NCBI GenBank assembly: GCA_964536485.1
Contig: CAZHXX010000005.1
Coordinates: 42-64,041, forward strand
DNA from: an uncultured Candidatus Saccharibacteria bacterium
GTDB lineage: Bacteria > Patescibacteriota > Saccharimonadia > Saccharimonadales > SZUA-47
Length of the DNA stretch: 64,000 nucleotides
Direction of reading: 5' to 3'
Position numbers and translations under genes: made by a program
Shown here: positions 8,069 through 20,690 of the stretch, in pieces
Layout: each line of letters begins with the position of its first letter
Numbering within the stretch: the stretch's first letter is position 1
Notes under the pieces: model-generated
Told to the model about the DNA's origin: nothing
What the model saw: the letters and a program-made list of their open reading frames with translations, nothing else
Databases searched by the model: none

Positions 8069-9505
8069 ATGAATAAATTCTATGTCTGCACCGCAATACC
8101 CTATGTCAACGCTAAAGCCCACATTGGCCACGCTATGGACTTTTTGTATGCAGACATTTTGGCTCGCTATCATCGTCAACTAGGTGACGACGTACGCTTC
8201 AGTATTGGGACCGACGAACACGGGGCAAAAATTGCTGAAAAAGCCGCTGAAAATAATGTTACTCCACAGGCTTACACGGACCAGATAGTCCCAGGCTGGG
8301 TAGACTTTGCAAAAAAAGCGCACATAAGTAATGATTATTTTATCCGTACAACTCACCCAGAGCACGAGAAACGAGCAGGTGTAATCTGGAAAAATCTTGC
8401 AAATTATATCTATAAAGGAAGTTATGCCGGCTGGTATTGCGTGGGGTGTGAAGAATATAAGACCGATACTCATGTAAAAGATACAAACGGGGTGTGCCCA
8501 CTTCATAATCGCCCATATGACAAGCTTGAGGAAGAGAATTATTTCTTTAAACTCAGTGCTTTTACCGACCAAGTAAAGAGTGCGCTTGCTTTGGGCAAGA
8601 TGCAGATTGTCCCTGACTTTCGTAAGAAAGAGATTTTGAATGTACTCGAAGAAGGCTTGAGCGACATAAGTATATCTCGCCCATCAGGCAAGATTGCGTG
8701 GGGCATCCCTGTGCCTGGAGATACAACGCAAGTGATGTACGTATGGTTTGAAGCGCTCATGAACTATATTACGGTGCTTGGCTATCCTGACGGGGCAGAT
8801 TTTGCGAAGTATTGGCCAGCCGATGTGCAAGTAGTAGGAAAAGATATTCTGCGCTTCCATGCGGCAATCTGGCCGGCTATGTTGCTTGGGCTTGGACAGC
8901 CATTACCTAAGGTGCTGTATGCTCATGGGCACGTAAGCTCAGGCGGGCAGAAGATGAGTAAGACACTCGGCAACGTTATCGACCCAGTAGAAGTTATCGA
9001 GAAATACGGCGTTGATGCGTTTCGTTACTATCTTGCACGACATATATCAAGCTATGATGACGGTGACTTTACCTGGGAAAAATATACCGAAGTGTACAAT
9101 AGCGAGCTAGCAAACGAGCTGGGAAATGCCGTTTCACGCGTTGCTGCTATGGTGGTGAAATATCAAGAGGGAGTTATCGGCGACATTCCAGAAGCTGAAC
9201 ACGATGCAGGTGATTATCATGAAGCCCTGGCTGTATGCCGTTTTGACCGTGCACTGGAAGATGTATGGGATCAAGTTCGAGGCCTGAATCAGTATATTGA
9301 AGAAGAAAAGCCGTGGGAGATTGCCAAAGAGAACGATGAAGAGCACCTGCAAGAGGTCCTTGCCTATATGTGTGGCGCATTAATGCAGATAAGCACCTTA
9401 CTTGTACCGTTTATGCCAGAGACAGCAGAGAAGATAGCCAAAGTGTTCTCTGAGGGAATCGTTCGCAAGCTTGAAACTCCTTTGTTCCCTAAAGAAGAGG
9501 TGTAA
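8069..9505 (+). CDS. metG: methionyl-tRNA synthetase (short form)
   Basis: AIPYVNAKAHIGH (HIGH motif), KMSK, CxxC knuckle, DILRFH; start 8069 follows TATAAT. Confidence 0.95.
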   Translation: MNKFYVCTAIPYVNAKAHIGHAMDFLYADILARYHRQLGDDVRFSIGTDEHGAKIAEKAAENNVTPQAYTDQIVPGWVDFAKKAHISNDYFIRTTHPEHEKRAGVIWKNLANYIYKGSYAGWYCVGCEEYKTDTHVKDTNGVCPLHNRPYDKLEEENYFFKLSAFTDQVKSALALGKMQIVPDFRKKEILNVLEEGLSDISISRPSGKIAWGIPVPGDTTQVMYVWFEALMNYITVLGYPDGADFAKYWPADVQVVGKDILRFHAAIWPAMLLGLGQPLPKVLYAHGHVSSGGQKMSKTLGNVIDPVEVIEKYGVDAFRYYLARHISSYDDGDFTWEKYTEVYNSELANELGNAVSRVAAMVVKYQEGVIGDIPEAEHDAGDYHEALAVCRFDRALEDVWDQVRGLNQYIEEEKPWEIAKENDEEHLQEVLAYMCGALMQISTLLVPFMPETAEKIAKVFSEGIVRKLETPLFPKEEV

Positions 9506-9515
9506 CATACGCCCT

Positions 9516-10328
9516 ATGGTGAAGAGTGACCTACGGTTTATTGATACGCACTGTCATATCCACGACACAGAATTTTCCCAGAAGTACGATCAGCCCGTAG
9601 AGGAGATTATTGAAGAATCAGTACACGACGGCATTGATACCTTTGTCTGTGTGGGGACAGATGTGAAAAGTTCTGAACAAGCGGTACATTTTGCCCGTTC
9701 GCACGAAGCTAGCTACGCCTCTTTAGCGCTACACCCCCACGAAGTAGCGGGCCTTGACGATGCCCAGCTTGAAGCAGGTATTGCTCGCTTCAAAGCCATG
9801 TTGGAAGCCGATTCATCGAAGATTGTTGCCATAGGCGAGTGTGGGCTAGACTACTTCTACCATCAAGATGAAACCATACAAGAAAGACAAAAAAGGCTCT
9901 TGCATCTACACCTTAAACTTGCCCTGCAGTATAATCTGCCCGTTATATTTCATATTCGCGATGCTTTTGAGGATTTTTTTGAGATTATTGATGAGTACCC
10001 AAAAATAACAGGGGTAGTTCATAGTTTTTCAGCCGGATCTGAGCAACTGAAAGGCGTGTTAGAACGTGGACTCTACGTTGGATTGAATGGTATAATGACA
10101 TTCTCAAAACAAACAGACCAATTGCAAGCCGCAAAAATGGTTCCTCTCGAGAAAATGGTGCTTGAAACAGATGCGCCTTTCTTGACTCCGGCGCCATTTC
10201 GTGGTACAATGTGCAAGCCGAAACATCTACGTGTTACCGCAAAGTTCTTGAGCGATCTCCGAAGTGAAAGCATCGAAGACCTCGCACGAGCAACCACGGT
10301 AAACGCAAAAGCACTGTTTAGGCTTTAG
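9516..10328 (+). CDS. tatD: TatD family DNase
   Basis: IDTHCH, AIGECGLDY, LETDAPFL; usual metG-tatD adjacency. Confidence 0.92.
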   Translation: MVKSDLRFIDTHCHIHDTEFSQKYDQPVEEIIEESVHDGIDTFVCVGTDVKSSEQAVHFARSHEASYASLALHPHEVAGLDDAQLEAGIARFKAMLEADSSKIVAIGECGLDYFYHQDETIQERQKRLLHLHLKLALQYNLPVIFHIRDAFEDFFEIIDEYPKITGVVHSFSAGSEQLKGVLERGLYVGLNGIMTFSKQTDQLQAAKMVPLEKMVLETDAPFLTPAPFRGTMCKPKHLRVTAKFLSDLRSESIEDLARATTVNAKALFRL

Positions 10329-10351
10329 AGACGAAAATAACTGAGGTAAAG

Positions 10352-10909
10352 ATGTTCGACCTACTGGAAATATTAGATTTGAAGCCTGAAGCACCAGAAT
10401 ACGGTGAGTCTACTGCTGAGATTATCCAAAATCGCTCACTTGATGTTGGGGGCTCTTTAGAAGCGGTTGGCCTGGCTATTAGTGCAATGCTTGGTGGTGT
10501 GCAAGAGCGTGTCGAGACATTCACTCATCAAACTGACGTCGTATTAAGTCCGCAAGTTGTAGCTTTATCGCAAGAAGCGAGCCGTATTCACGATGAAAAC
10601 GAAGCTACTGTGCGCCGGATGGCGCTTGGTAATGACTTAGGCTTTAATCCTGGTGCGCCTGAAGATACTGCACAAATTGTTGCTAAAAACGATGACATGG
10701 CGAATGCGATAAGCATGGAAGACGCTCGCGAGCAACTTTCACAGGTATTTGCAGGGACAAAGGTACCTTTTGAGCCTCTTGCGACTGAACCCTTGAAGCC
10801 TGTAGGGCAAGATCGAATTTATACACCAGAAGAACAACAACGGATTGCTGAGCTGGAATCACAGGTTGCATCAATGCATGCTACTAATGATCAGTTTGCG
10901 AAAGCTTAA
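10352..10909 (+). CDS. hypothetical acidic protein
   Basis: 185-aa ORF with SD gagg; no motif recognised. Confidence 0.6.
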   Translation: MFDLLEILDLKPEAPEYGESTAEIIQNRSLDVGGSLEAVGLAISAMLGGVQERVETFTHQTDVVLSPQVVALSQEASRIHDENEATVRRMALGNDLGFNPGAPEDTAQIVAKNDDMANAISMEDAREQLSQVFAGTKVPFEPLATEPLKPVGQDRIYTPEEQQRIAELESQVASMHATNDQFAKA

Positions 10910-10927
10910 AAAACAGGGCGGGTTGGG

Positions 10928-11311
10928 ATGAATATCTTTACACAGTTTTTCAAAGGAACAAACAGCGAAGAGCGCAAGCAAGCAATTCTGCAGGATTTGA
11001 TGCGCCGTGAAGTAGCATTGACGCGGGATATCTTTGGCACCGTGCCAGCAGGTACTCAGCGTGAATTCTTCTGCCTCGATAAGCATACTTGGGTGTGGTT
11101 TGAAGAATGGACCGATGCCAATGGGGTACGTCAGCAAGTAACGACTCGCTACGTCGTACGACCGAAAGAGATTATCAAATCTCAGAATGGTGGTGCCTAC
11201 CACAAACTTAGCATTGAAGAAGCAAAGAACTTCCACGAGGCAACCAAAGCTTATTACGCTCGCATAAAGACACATCTATACGCAGATAAGCCAGCACGAC
11301 ACACGTCGTAA
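10928..11311 (+). CDS. hypothetical protein
   Basis: 127-aa ORF containing REFFCLDKHTWVWFEEW; ends just before the desulfurase start. Confidence 0.7.
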   Translation: MNIFTQFFKGTNSEERKQAILQDLMRREVALTRDIFGTVPAGTQREFFCLDKHTWVWFEEWTDANGVRQQVTTRYVVRPKEIIKSQNGGAYHKLSIEEAKNFHEATKAYYARIKTHLYADKPARHTS

Positions 11312-11313
11312 GG

Positions 11314-12468
11314 ATGGCATTTGTGAGCGCGCCTGTTTATCTTGATTACGCTGCGGCAACACCGCTTGACCCCGTTGTTCAACAGGCAATGACTGATTTT
11401 TATACCAAAAAATTCTACAATCCCTCGGCACTATATACTGGCGCTCGAGAAGTAAAGCAAGCCCTCGAGCAGGCAAGGGCACAAGTTGCGCGTAATATTG
11501 GCGCAAAGCCGAGTGAGATAACATTTACTGCCGGTGGCACAGAGTCTGCCAATCTTGCAATAAAGGGTATAGCGCAGGCTTATCCTAGTGGAGAGATACT
11601 AGTGAGTACTGTTGAGCACGATGCAGTGTTGCGCCCAGCGCAGGCGCACGGTGCGCAACTTGTTGCCGTAGATAAGTTCGGCAGAATTCTACTGAGTGAC
11701 TTGCAGAAGAAGCTTACAGACTCGACGGTGCTTATCTCGGTCATGTATGCAAATAATGAAGTAGGAACGGTCCAGCCTTTGGATGAAATTGCATCGCTTG
11801 TTGCGGAGATAAGAAAACTGCGCAGGCAACAGGGGAATAACATGCCACTATTTCTGCATACCGATGCTTGCCAGGCGCCGTATTATCTAGATGTAAATGT
11901 GGCGCGACTTGGTGTTGACCTTATGACGCTTAATGGGGGCAAGCTTTATGGTCCAAAGCAGTCGGGCATTTTGTATCACCGTACTGGTGTGTCTTTGCAG
12001 GCACAGATTCTTGGGGGCGGGCAAGAGCTCGGCTTGCGCAGTGGGACAGAAAGTGTGGCGACGTGCGTTGGGTTTGCTGTGGCGCTTGAGCAGGCGGTGA
12101 GTCAACGTGCGGAAGTGACAAAGAAAGTGAAGGAACAAACCGAGCGCTTCCGCCAGCTACTCGAGGCTCAGTTTCCGGACAGTGTGTACAACGGCCATCC
12201 TAAAATACGCTTGCCTAATACCTTGCACGTAACCTTTCCTGGCAAAGATAATGAGCGCATGTTGTTTTCACTGGATGACCAAGGAGTGTATGCAGCGGCT
12301 GGCTCGGCGTGTAGCGCCAGTAATGAAGAAGCTTCTCACGTGCTGAAAGCAATGGGATTGCGAGATGCTGATTCGCGGGCAAGTATCCGCTTTACGCTTG
12401 GGAAATATACCACCCAAGAAGATATTGAGCAGGCGGTAAAAGCACTTGTCGTTGCAGTGTACGCGTAA
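11314..12468 (+). CDS. iscS: cysteine desulfurase (IscS/NifS type)
   Basis: YLDYAAATP, GGTES, NNEVG, HTDACQ, KLYGPK, GSACS. Confidence 0.92.
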   Translation: MAFVSAPVYLDYAAATPLDPVVQQAMTDFYTKKFYNPSALYTGAREVKQALEQARAQVARNIGAKPSEITFTAGGTESANLAIKGIAQAYPSGEILVSTVEHDAVLRPAQAHGAQLVAVDKFGRILLSDLQKKLTDSTVLISVMYANNEVGTVQPLDEIASLVAEIRKLRRQQGNNMPLFLHTDACQAPYYLDVNVARLGVDLMTLNGGKLYGPKQSGILYHRTGVSLQAQILGGGQELGLRSGTESVATCVGFAVALEQAVSQRAEVTKKVKEQTERFRQLLEAQFPDSVYNGHPKIRLPNTLHVTFPGKDNERMLFSLDDQGVYAAAGSACSASNEEASHVLKAMGLRDADSRASIRFTLGKYTTQEDIEQAVKALVVAVYA

Positions 12469-12537
12469 AAGAGTTGTCACCGTATAAACAAAAGCGGTAT
12501 ACTACGCGGTAAAGGGGAATACCCCTTGTAACGCATA

Positions 12538-13383
12538 ATGGCTAGCAAAATTAAAGAAAAACTATCCTTAAAACGAGTTTTGTCCGCGGTGGGGCTAGTG
12601 ACGCTGTGTGCTTTAGCACAAATGGGTCCTGTTGACGCTCAGACTATCACTCAGGGCTATGCTTCAGATGGGGCTATCCAGCGCGCTACAATCGTGTCAC
12701 TGAGTCTTGATAATGCCAAAAAAGTCGAACCCACAACACTGGATAACGACGAGCGTATGCATGGTGTTGTGGTGAGCGCAAATGACGCGCCGTTTACTCT
12801 GTCTACAGAAGATGAAAAAACATTTGTCGCAACAAAGGGTCGTTTCGAGGCCTTCGTGAGCAATGAGGGTGGCACAGTGCAAGCGGGTGATTTTGTGACA
12901 ATTTCTCGCGTAGGTGGCATTGGGAAGAAAGCTGGCGATAAAGATCAATATATTGTTGGTAAAGCTGTTTCTGGCTTTGACGGAGAAACAGGAGTGCTAA
13001 GTACGACGGATGTTGACGATAATGGTATAACCAAGAAAGTTGCAATCGGAAGAGTTCAAGTTGACATTGGAGTTTCAGGCAACCCATTGCTCAAGCCAAC
13101 CCGGGCAAATTTGCCGGGCTTTTTAGAGAGAGCTGCTGAAACAATCGCCGGAAAGTCACCCGTCAATCCGCTTCGAATTTATATTAGTATGATCATCTTA
13201 TTTACCGCGGCTACGGTGTCGGGAATATTGCTCTATTCTGGCGTGCGAAGTAGCCTTATCTCTATCGGGCGTAACCCTCTATCTAAGAAGTCGATTACCC
13301 GAAGTTTGCTCCAGGTCATAATGACAAGCATAATCATTTTGTTACTCGGCATTTTTGGGGTATATTTATTGTTGAGAATATAA
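12538..13383 (+). CDS. exported beta-rich domain fused to an F0 subunit-c-like hairpin lacking the ion-binding carboxylate
   Basis: Signal peptide (..VDA/QT); C-terminal TM-SIGRNPLSKKSI-TM hairpin; occupies the atpE position of the operon. Confidence 0.6.
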   Translation: MASKIKEKLSLKRVLSAVGLVTLCALAQMGPVDAQTITQGYASDGAIQRATIVSLSLDNAKKVEPTTLDNDERMHGVVVSANDAPFTLSTEDEKTFVATKGRFEAFVSNEGGTVQAGDFVTISRVGGIGKKAGDKDQYIVGKAVSGFDGETGVLSTTDVDDNGITKKVAIGRVQVDIGVSGNPLLKPTRANLPGFLERAAETIAGKSPVNPLRIYISMIILFTAATVSGILLYSGVRSSLISIGRNPLSKKSITRSLLQVIMTSIIILLLGIFGVYLLLRI

Positions 13384-13428
13384 GCATAAGTAGTAAGAAT
13401 AGACAGCGGTGGGAGCGCATAGACTAAG

Positions 13429-14058
13429 GTGAGCATTGGAATACTAGTCGTAGTACTATTTGTTATCATCATGCTTTCTGGCGTGGCCTTGTGGCTTATT
13501 TTTAAAAAACCAACAGATAAAGCACCAAAAAACAAGAAGAAAAACGCGCTTGAAGATTTAAGCGACAAAGCCGTTGCTGATGTAGAGCATATTTTTAACG
13601 ATGAATTTCGAGAAGAACTCCGCAACCGAGGCCGGCTTCACTTTGAAAAGATTATTGGTGAAAATGCCATGTTCTTGCAACAAGATTTACGCTTGACGAC
13701 AAGCCAGCTTAACGAATTCATGAAAAATGAAATTAGTAAGGTGCTAAAAGAGGAATTCTCCAAATACGAAGAATCTATTAATGACGCAAAACAGCTTGCT
13801 ATTGAGTCAATCCAAAAAACTCAAACAACCATTGAGCAACAACGTGAATTGCTGACACAACAGCTCAATGAACAGCTTGCGACTGAAAAGAGTCGTTCTC
13901 TTAGCCGGTTTGAGTCTCACATGGCAGACATCGTCAACCATTATGTGCTTGAAGCAGTGGGAGAACAGATTGATTTGAGCGAACAGCTTGAGTTTATTTT
14001 GTCACAGATGGATCGAAACAAAGAAGCGATTATTAAGGATATTCGCGATGGTGCTTGA
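13429..14058 (+). CDS. F0 subunit-b-like peripheral stalk protein
   Basis: N-terminal TM ending WLIFKKP, long helical/coiled-coil region, b-like C-terminus (EAVGEQIDLSEQLEFI); occupies the atpF position. Confidence 0.6.
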   Translation: MSIGILVVVLFVIIMLSGVALWLIFKKPTDKAPKNKKKNALEDLSDKAVADVEHIFNDEFREELRNRGRLHFEKIIGENAMFLQQDLRLTTSQLNEFMKNEISKVLKEEFSKYEESINDAKQLAIESIQKTQTTIEQQRELLTQQLNEQLATEKSRSLSRFESHMADIVNHYVLEAVGEQIDLSEQLEFILSQMDRNKEAIIKDIRDGA

Positions 14059-14737
14059 TGAGCAACATACGATTACACTTCCTGTCAGTATTGTAAGTCC
14101 CACTGATATTGCTCGTCTTACCCGTGAAATAGAGGCGATCGATAATTTTTTCCGTGAGCAACAAATTAGAAACGCGGGGGCACCTAATACGCCACCACGT
14201 TTAAGTAAACTGATGGACCAGCTTGCTTCTGATAATCAGAAGAATTTGTTAGTTGAAGAAGATCGTAAGCAACTAGTATTGTTGCTTGAAAAGCTTCATG
14301 CTACCGCCCCTGTAATGCACATTAGTTTTAGCGTTGACCCGCCGGGTGCATATGTGCAGAAGATTGTTGAATGGTTGCGCAACAACGTTCATAGCTATGT
14401 ACTCGTAACGGTTGGTTTGCAACCAAACATTGGTGCAGGGTGTATTGTCCGTACAACCAATAAGCTATTCGATTTTAGCTTGCGAGAGTTTTTCTACCAG
14501 AAGAGAGACTTTTTCATAGAAAAAATGCATAGCGTGCTTGTTGATATACCACAAACAGAGACGGTCGCGTCACCTGTGCAAACGCAAGCCACAGCTCCAC
14601 TGAACGAAGCTGCTCCTGAATCGAGTACGCCAATTGTCGTCGCAACGTCCCCGACTCCTGCTCAAGTCGTGCAGACGGCGCCAGCACCAGTTCCTATTAC
14701 AGTAAAAATGGCGCCTACAGAGGTTGCTCATGAGTAG
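14048..14737 (+). CDS. F1 delta/OSCP-like subunit with Pro/Thr/Ala-rich tail
   Basis: [24 protein letters not shown] resembles the delta C-terminal motif (DPxLIGGxxVRxGDxxIDxS); occupies the atpH position. Confidence 0.65.
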   Translation: MVLDEQHTITLPVSIVSPTDIARLTREIEAIDNFFREQQIRNAGAPNTPPRLSKLMDQLASDNQKNLLVEEDRKQLVLLLEKLHATAPVMHISFSVDPPGAYVQKIVEWLRNNVHSYVLVTVGLQPNIGAGCIVRTTNKLFDFSLREFFYQKRDFFIEKMHSVLVDIPQTETVASPVQTQATAPLNEAAPESSTPIVVATSPTPAQVVQTAPAPVPITVKMAPTEVAHE

Positions 14738-16322
14738 TTCAACTGGCAATCAACACTTCGACAAACTTATAGACGCGGGAAAGCCTGTCGGTGAAGTTAT
14801 TGGGGTAGAAAAATTCTTGATTAAAGTCAAAGGCCTGCAACCTTGCCGAATCCATGCACTCGTCATGTTTGAGGATGGGTCAAAGGGCTTTATTCATCAA
14901 GTTTTAAGTGATTATGTGATGATTCTTCATCTAGGTGACGTACAGCTTCGGCTTGGCATGATTGCCGTGATTCAGCACGAAGAATTGGTTGCAAAAGTAG
15001 GGCGAGACTTCATAGGTCGTGTCATTACCGTTACAGGCGAACCGCTTGACGGAAAAGGTCCTATTGCTGCGGACGCTGTATGGCCGGTGTTTAACATCGC
15101 TCCACCTATATTTGCTCGTAAGCTCCTTGATCGACAGCTTGAGACGGGTGTTGGGGCGCTTGATGCGCTGTTCCCGGTGGTGCGTGGCCAGCGTATGGCG
15201 ATGCTTGGAGATAATAAGTCGGGAAAGAGTACGCTTGCAACGCAGATGGTGATCAATCAGAAGAATACTGACCAAGTTGTGGTGTACTGTATGATTGCAA
15301 AACGTCGTTCCGATGTAGACACCTTACTGGCTCGCCTTCATGAGAGTGGAAGCCTCGAGAAGGCAATTGTGGTGGTGAGCACCATGTTTGAGTCACTTAT
15401 TATGAGCTATATTGCCCCGTATGTCGCATGCGCAATGGCTGAGTATCTCTGGCAAGAGAAAGCCCAAGATACCATTATTATTTATGACGACCTTACCTCA
15501 CATGCACATGCCTACCGAGAAGTAGCCCTTCTTTCTGGGGTGAGCCCAGGTCGTGATAGCTATCCTGGTGATATGTTCTTTGCACACTCTAGTTTGCTGG
15601 AGCGTGCCGGGCGCCTTGATAGTAATAGTGCACACCTCACAAGCATCCCAATCGTAAACGCTGCGGGAGGTGACATTACTGCTTATTTGCCGACAAACAT
15701 CATGTCTATTACTGATGGACAGTGGATCTTAGATATGGACATCTTCCGAAATGGTATTCGTCCGGCAGTGAATATGGGCCTTAGTGTGACGCGTGTAGGT
15801 GGTGTTGGGCACAACAAGAGGCAAAAAGATCTCGCCGCTCAAACCCTTAAGATGCTCGCAGATTATCGACAAAGCGAAGAATTTTCACACTTTGGTTCTG
15901 AACTTGCGCTTGAGGCAAAGAAAGCACTCGATACTGGTAAGCGCGTATTTGAACTCCTTACCCAAAGTCCGACAGAAGTGTTCTCTTTGCAGGCTCAGCA
16001 ACTTATGCTTGACCTCACGCTAAATTTGCCAGACGGTGCAACGCTAGACATCGGTAAGCTTAAGCTAAACGCAAACGAGATTGCAAATAGTATGCAAAAT
16101 GATTCTGATGAAGAATATGAGAAAGCAAAAACAGCGTTGAAGAAGCTTGTCTTGATTGAGCTTATGGGAGCTCCTTCCTCAGACAAGAAGACGGAACAAG
16201 AGGCGTCTAGCGAACCATCTGCAAAAGATGCTGAGGCAAAGAAGGACGAAAAACATAAAGATGAACAGAATAGTGAGGCCCCAGCCCCAGCAGAGCCTAA
16301 AAAAGAAGAGGTAAAGAAGTAA
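14730..16322 (+). CDS. atpA: F1-like ATPase alpha subunit (divergent)
   Basis: RGQR, Walker [25 protein letters not shown], arginine finger SVTRVGG; charged low-complexity tail. Confidence 0.9.
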   Translation: MSSSTGNQHFDKLIDAGKPVGEVIGVEKFLIKVKGLQPCRIHALVMFEDGSKGFIHQVLSDYVMILHLGDVQLRLGMIAVIQHEELVAKVGRDFIGRVITVTGEPLDGKGPIAADAVWPVFNIAPPIFARKLLDRQLETGVGALDALFPVVRGQRMAMLGDNKSGKSTLATQMVINQKNTDQVVVYCMIAKRRSDVDTLLARLHESGSLEKAIVVVSTMFESLIMSYIAPYVACAMAEYLWQEKAQDTIIIYDDLTSHAHAYREVALLSGVSPGRDSYPGDMFFAHSSLLERAGRLDSNSAHLTSIPIVNAAGGDITAYLPTNIMSITDGQWILDMDIFRNGIRPAVNMGLSVTRVGGVGHNKRQKDLAAQTLKMLADYRQSEEFSHFGSELALEAKKALDTGKRVFELLTQSPTEVFSLQAQQLMLDLTLNLPDGATLDIGKLKLNANEIANSMQNDSDEEYEKAKTALKKLVLIELMGAPSSDKKTEQEASSEPSAKDAEAKKDEKHKDEQNSEAPAPAEPKKEEVKK

Positions 16323-16323
16323 T

Positions 16324-18494
<2,171 letters not shown>

Positions 18495-18495
18495 C

Positions 18496-18813
18496 ATGGA
18501 CACAGCAACGACAAAAGATGATGCAACTGATCAGCATGCTCCAGTAAAAATTGATCCAAAGGCTGATCCTACCATGATGCAAATCAAGGTATATTCACCG
18601 TATCAAGTCTACTTTGATGAGTTAGCAACGAGCATCAGCGCCATAAACGATACAGGTCCTTTCGACATTTTAAAAGGACACCACCGCTTTTTGACTCTTC
18701 TTGTGCCCTGCGAACTTGTCATTGCGGCAGCAAAAGGCGAAGAAAAAATAAAGATTTCCCACGGGATTATGTATGTCAAGGAAGATCGTGTGACGGTCTT
18801 TCTTGATGTGTAG
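18496..18813 (+). CDS. atpC: F1 epsilon subunit, N-terminal beta-sandwich only
   Basis: IKVYSP, GPFDILKGH, ISHGIMYV; ends before the helical hairpin. Confidence 0.75.
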   Translation: MDTATTKDDATDQHAPVKIDPKADPTMMQIKVYSPYQVYFDELATSISAINDTGPFDILKGHHRFLTLLVPCELVIAAAKGEEKIKISHGIMYVKEDRVTVFLDV

Positions 18814-18843
18814 TTCTAGTTCTGAACGCCTGCGGATTAAGCT

Positions 18844-19818
18844 TTAGTCGATAACGATAAAGTCAAAACTTATAGAGCCTGAGGGTAGTGCTGTTGAGGT
18901 TGAGACGGTAAAGCCTGTGGTTGTCCTGTTTGACACAAACGAATAAGGTGCTGATGCATTCACAGGAGTTATGACAACATGAGGGTTGCTATTGAACGGC
19001 TTGTTGAAGCTAATGGTAGCAAGCGCACCACCACTCGCACTAGACCCAACGTTAATGGTTACTGTCCCAGCAGTATCGGTACCACTTATGGTCACCGTAC
19101 CACCCGAGCCAACAGCTCCACCTGAACTCACGCTTGGCGTGCCACCCCCAGCATCGATATGCTTGCCAAACTGCAAATCACCAGTGAGAGAAAGAGCATC
19201 AACTGTCAATGATGGAGCTGAGATTGGCCCTGCAAAAGAGCCTTGACCATTGACGGTAAGGTTCTTTTGAACCGTAAGAATGCCTTGGACGCTCGCGTCA
19301 CCCGCGATAGAGAGGGTATTTACCTGCACTTCATCAAAGGCACTTTTGCCAGAGACGGTGATACCAGGAAGGTTGAGGTCTCCACCAACTTTGATTGGTC
19401 CAGCCACATCAAGCCCGTCACGGATAAGTACTTTGCCGGCAAATACAGCGTTTGACTCAACGTTCAAAAGTTGCTTCGGGTCACCCACGGTTGCCTCATT
19501 GCTGGTGAGGCTGTCAATTGCATCCTGGGTGAGTTCTTGTGTCTTCACCGATTCTTCTTTTGCGGCCTGTTTGTTACTCGATTGCACGACCACGAAGATA
19601 ATAATGAGACTGATGATTATAAGGAGAATAAAAGCAAGCAAATAGATGTTGATGCGGTTTGCAATTTTAGTTGCAATGGAGCCTGGTGAGCGCTTCTTTT
19701 TTTTCTCTTCTGTTGATGAGCCTGCGTCAGGGGTTTCAGTAACAGTAGTGTCTTGCTCCTCCAACGTCTCCAGGGAATCAGCTGATTTTGATGCTTCGTC
19801 TTCTTTGTTCGGTTCCAT
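18844..19818 (-). CDS. membrane-anchored tail-fibre-like beta protein
   Basis: Single TM; V/L-x-G beta repeats (LDVAG, LSIAGD, LTVQKN, LTVNG); C-terminal fibre-tip/H-lectin-like segment FNKPFNSNPHVVITP..TTTGFTV. Confidence 0.55.
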   Translation of the reverse strand: MEPNKEDEASKSADSLETLEEQDTTVTETPDAGSSTEEKKKKRSPGSIATKIANRINIYLLAFILLIIISLIIIFVVVQSSNKQAAKEESVKTQELTQDAIDSLTSNEATVGDPKQLLNVESNAVFAGKVLIRDGLDVAGPIKVGGDLNLPGITVSGKSAFDEVQVNTLSIAGDASVQGILTVQKNLTVNGQGSFAGPISAPSLTVDALSLTGDLQFGKHIDAGGGTPSVSSGGAVGSGGTVTISGTDTAGTVTINVGSSASGGALATISFNKPFNSNPHVVITPVNASAPYSFVSNRTTTGFTVSTSTALPSGSISFDFIVID

Positions 19819-19959
19819 ATAACATGCTTAAGGTTTATTATTACCACCAGTGTATATGATTTGCCTTTTAATGTCACGAGAAAACGTAACCGTATTGCGA
19901 AGCTTCACATTCTGTGCAATAATCTTGTTAAAAGCAAAAGGATATTGGTAAAAACTCGC

Positions 19960-20643
19960 ATGGCACCTTATCAGCATCACGTCAATACCTACCGTAGAAT
20001 GCATCGTGCATCCAGAGTAAAGAAACTGTCAAAGTTAAGCCTATTTCTCGCGTCACTTGTTGCTATCGGCATTTCCGGAGATATATTGTGGCAAAAATTA
20101 CGAGCAGAAGATTCGGTGGTAAGCGTTGAGTCAACGTCTTCTGTTCAATCAGCTACGATTAACCTATTCCGTACTCCTTATTTTCAGTTTCAAGCAGATC
20201 GAAGCTGGGTCGAGGTTCCGGAAGTTAGCACTCCTACAAAGTTTATCTACAGAAGTTCCAATGGTCCGCTTTTAGAGCATCAGCTTACCGTCTATGTTAA
20301 TGAGCGTCCACCCGCTAAGCTAGCGGCTACTCATGTTTATACTGTAGCACTTGATGGTCGCAAGTTCAGCGAAGTACATCCAGCTGACAAGCACTGTAAT
20401 TCAGAGACAAAAGGCTTAAACAACGAGCCAAAAGTCATTACCTACAACGAAGTGACATTTAACTGTGATCTAGGCAGTTCTACTTTTTCTAGCTTCGTAG
20501 GGTTGCAGGGTGGCACGAATGAGATGGCAATTACTCGTCCAAATGGGGAGCAGGCAGTGTATTCTATCGTCTACGATGACCTGACTTTTTCTCCTAGCCC
20601 AAATCAAATAAATTCAATCATGAAGACGTTCCAGATTCATTAA
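19960..20643 (+). CDS. membrane-anchored hypothetical protein
   Basis: Basic N-terminus, one TM, extracytoplasmic domain with two Cys; start codon uncertain. Confidence 0.6.
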   Translation: MAPYQHHVNTYRRMHRASRVKKLSKLSLFLASLVAIGISGDILWQKLRAEDSVVSVESTSSVQSATINLFRTPYFQFQADRSWVEVPEVSTPTKFIYRSSNGPLLEHQLTVYVNERPPAKLAATHVYTVALDGRKFSEVHPADKHCNSETKGLNNEPKVITYNEVTFNCDLGSSTFSSFVGLQGGTNEMAITRPNGEQAVYSIVYDDLTFSPSPNQINSIMKTFQIH

Positions 20644-20690
20644 AAGACAGCCAAAGCTTCTAGAACAACCTTTTTGCTTATGCTATAGTT

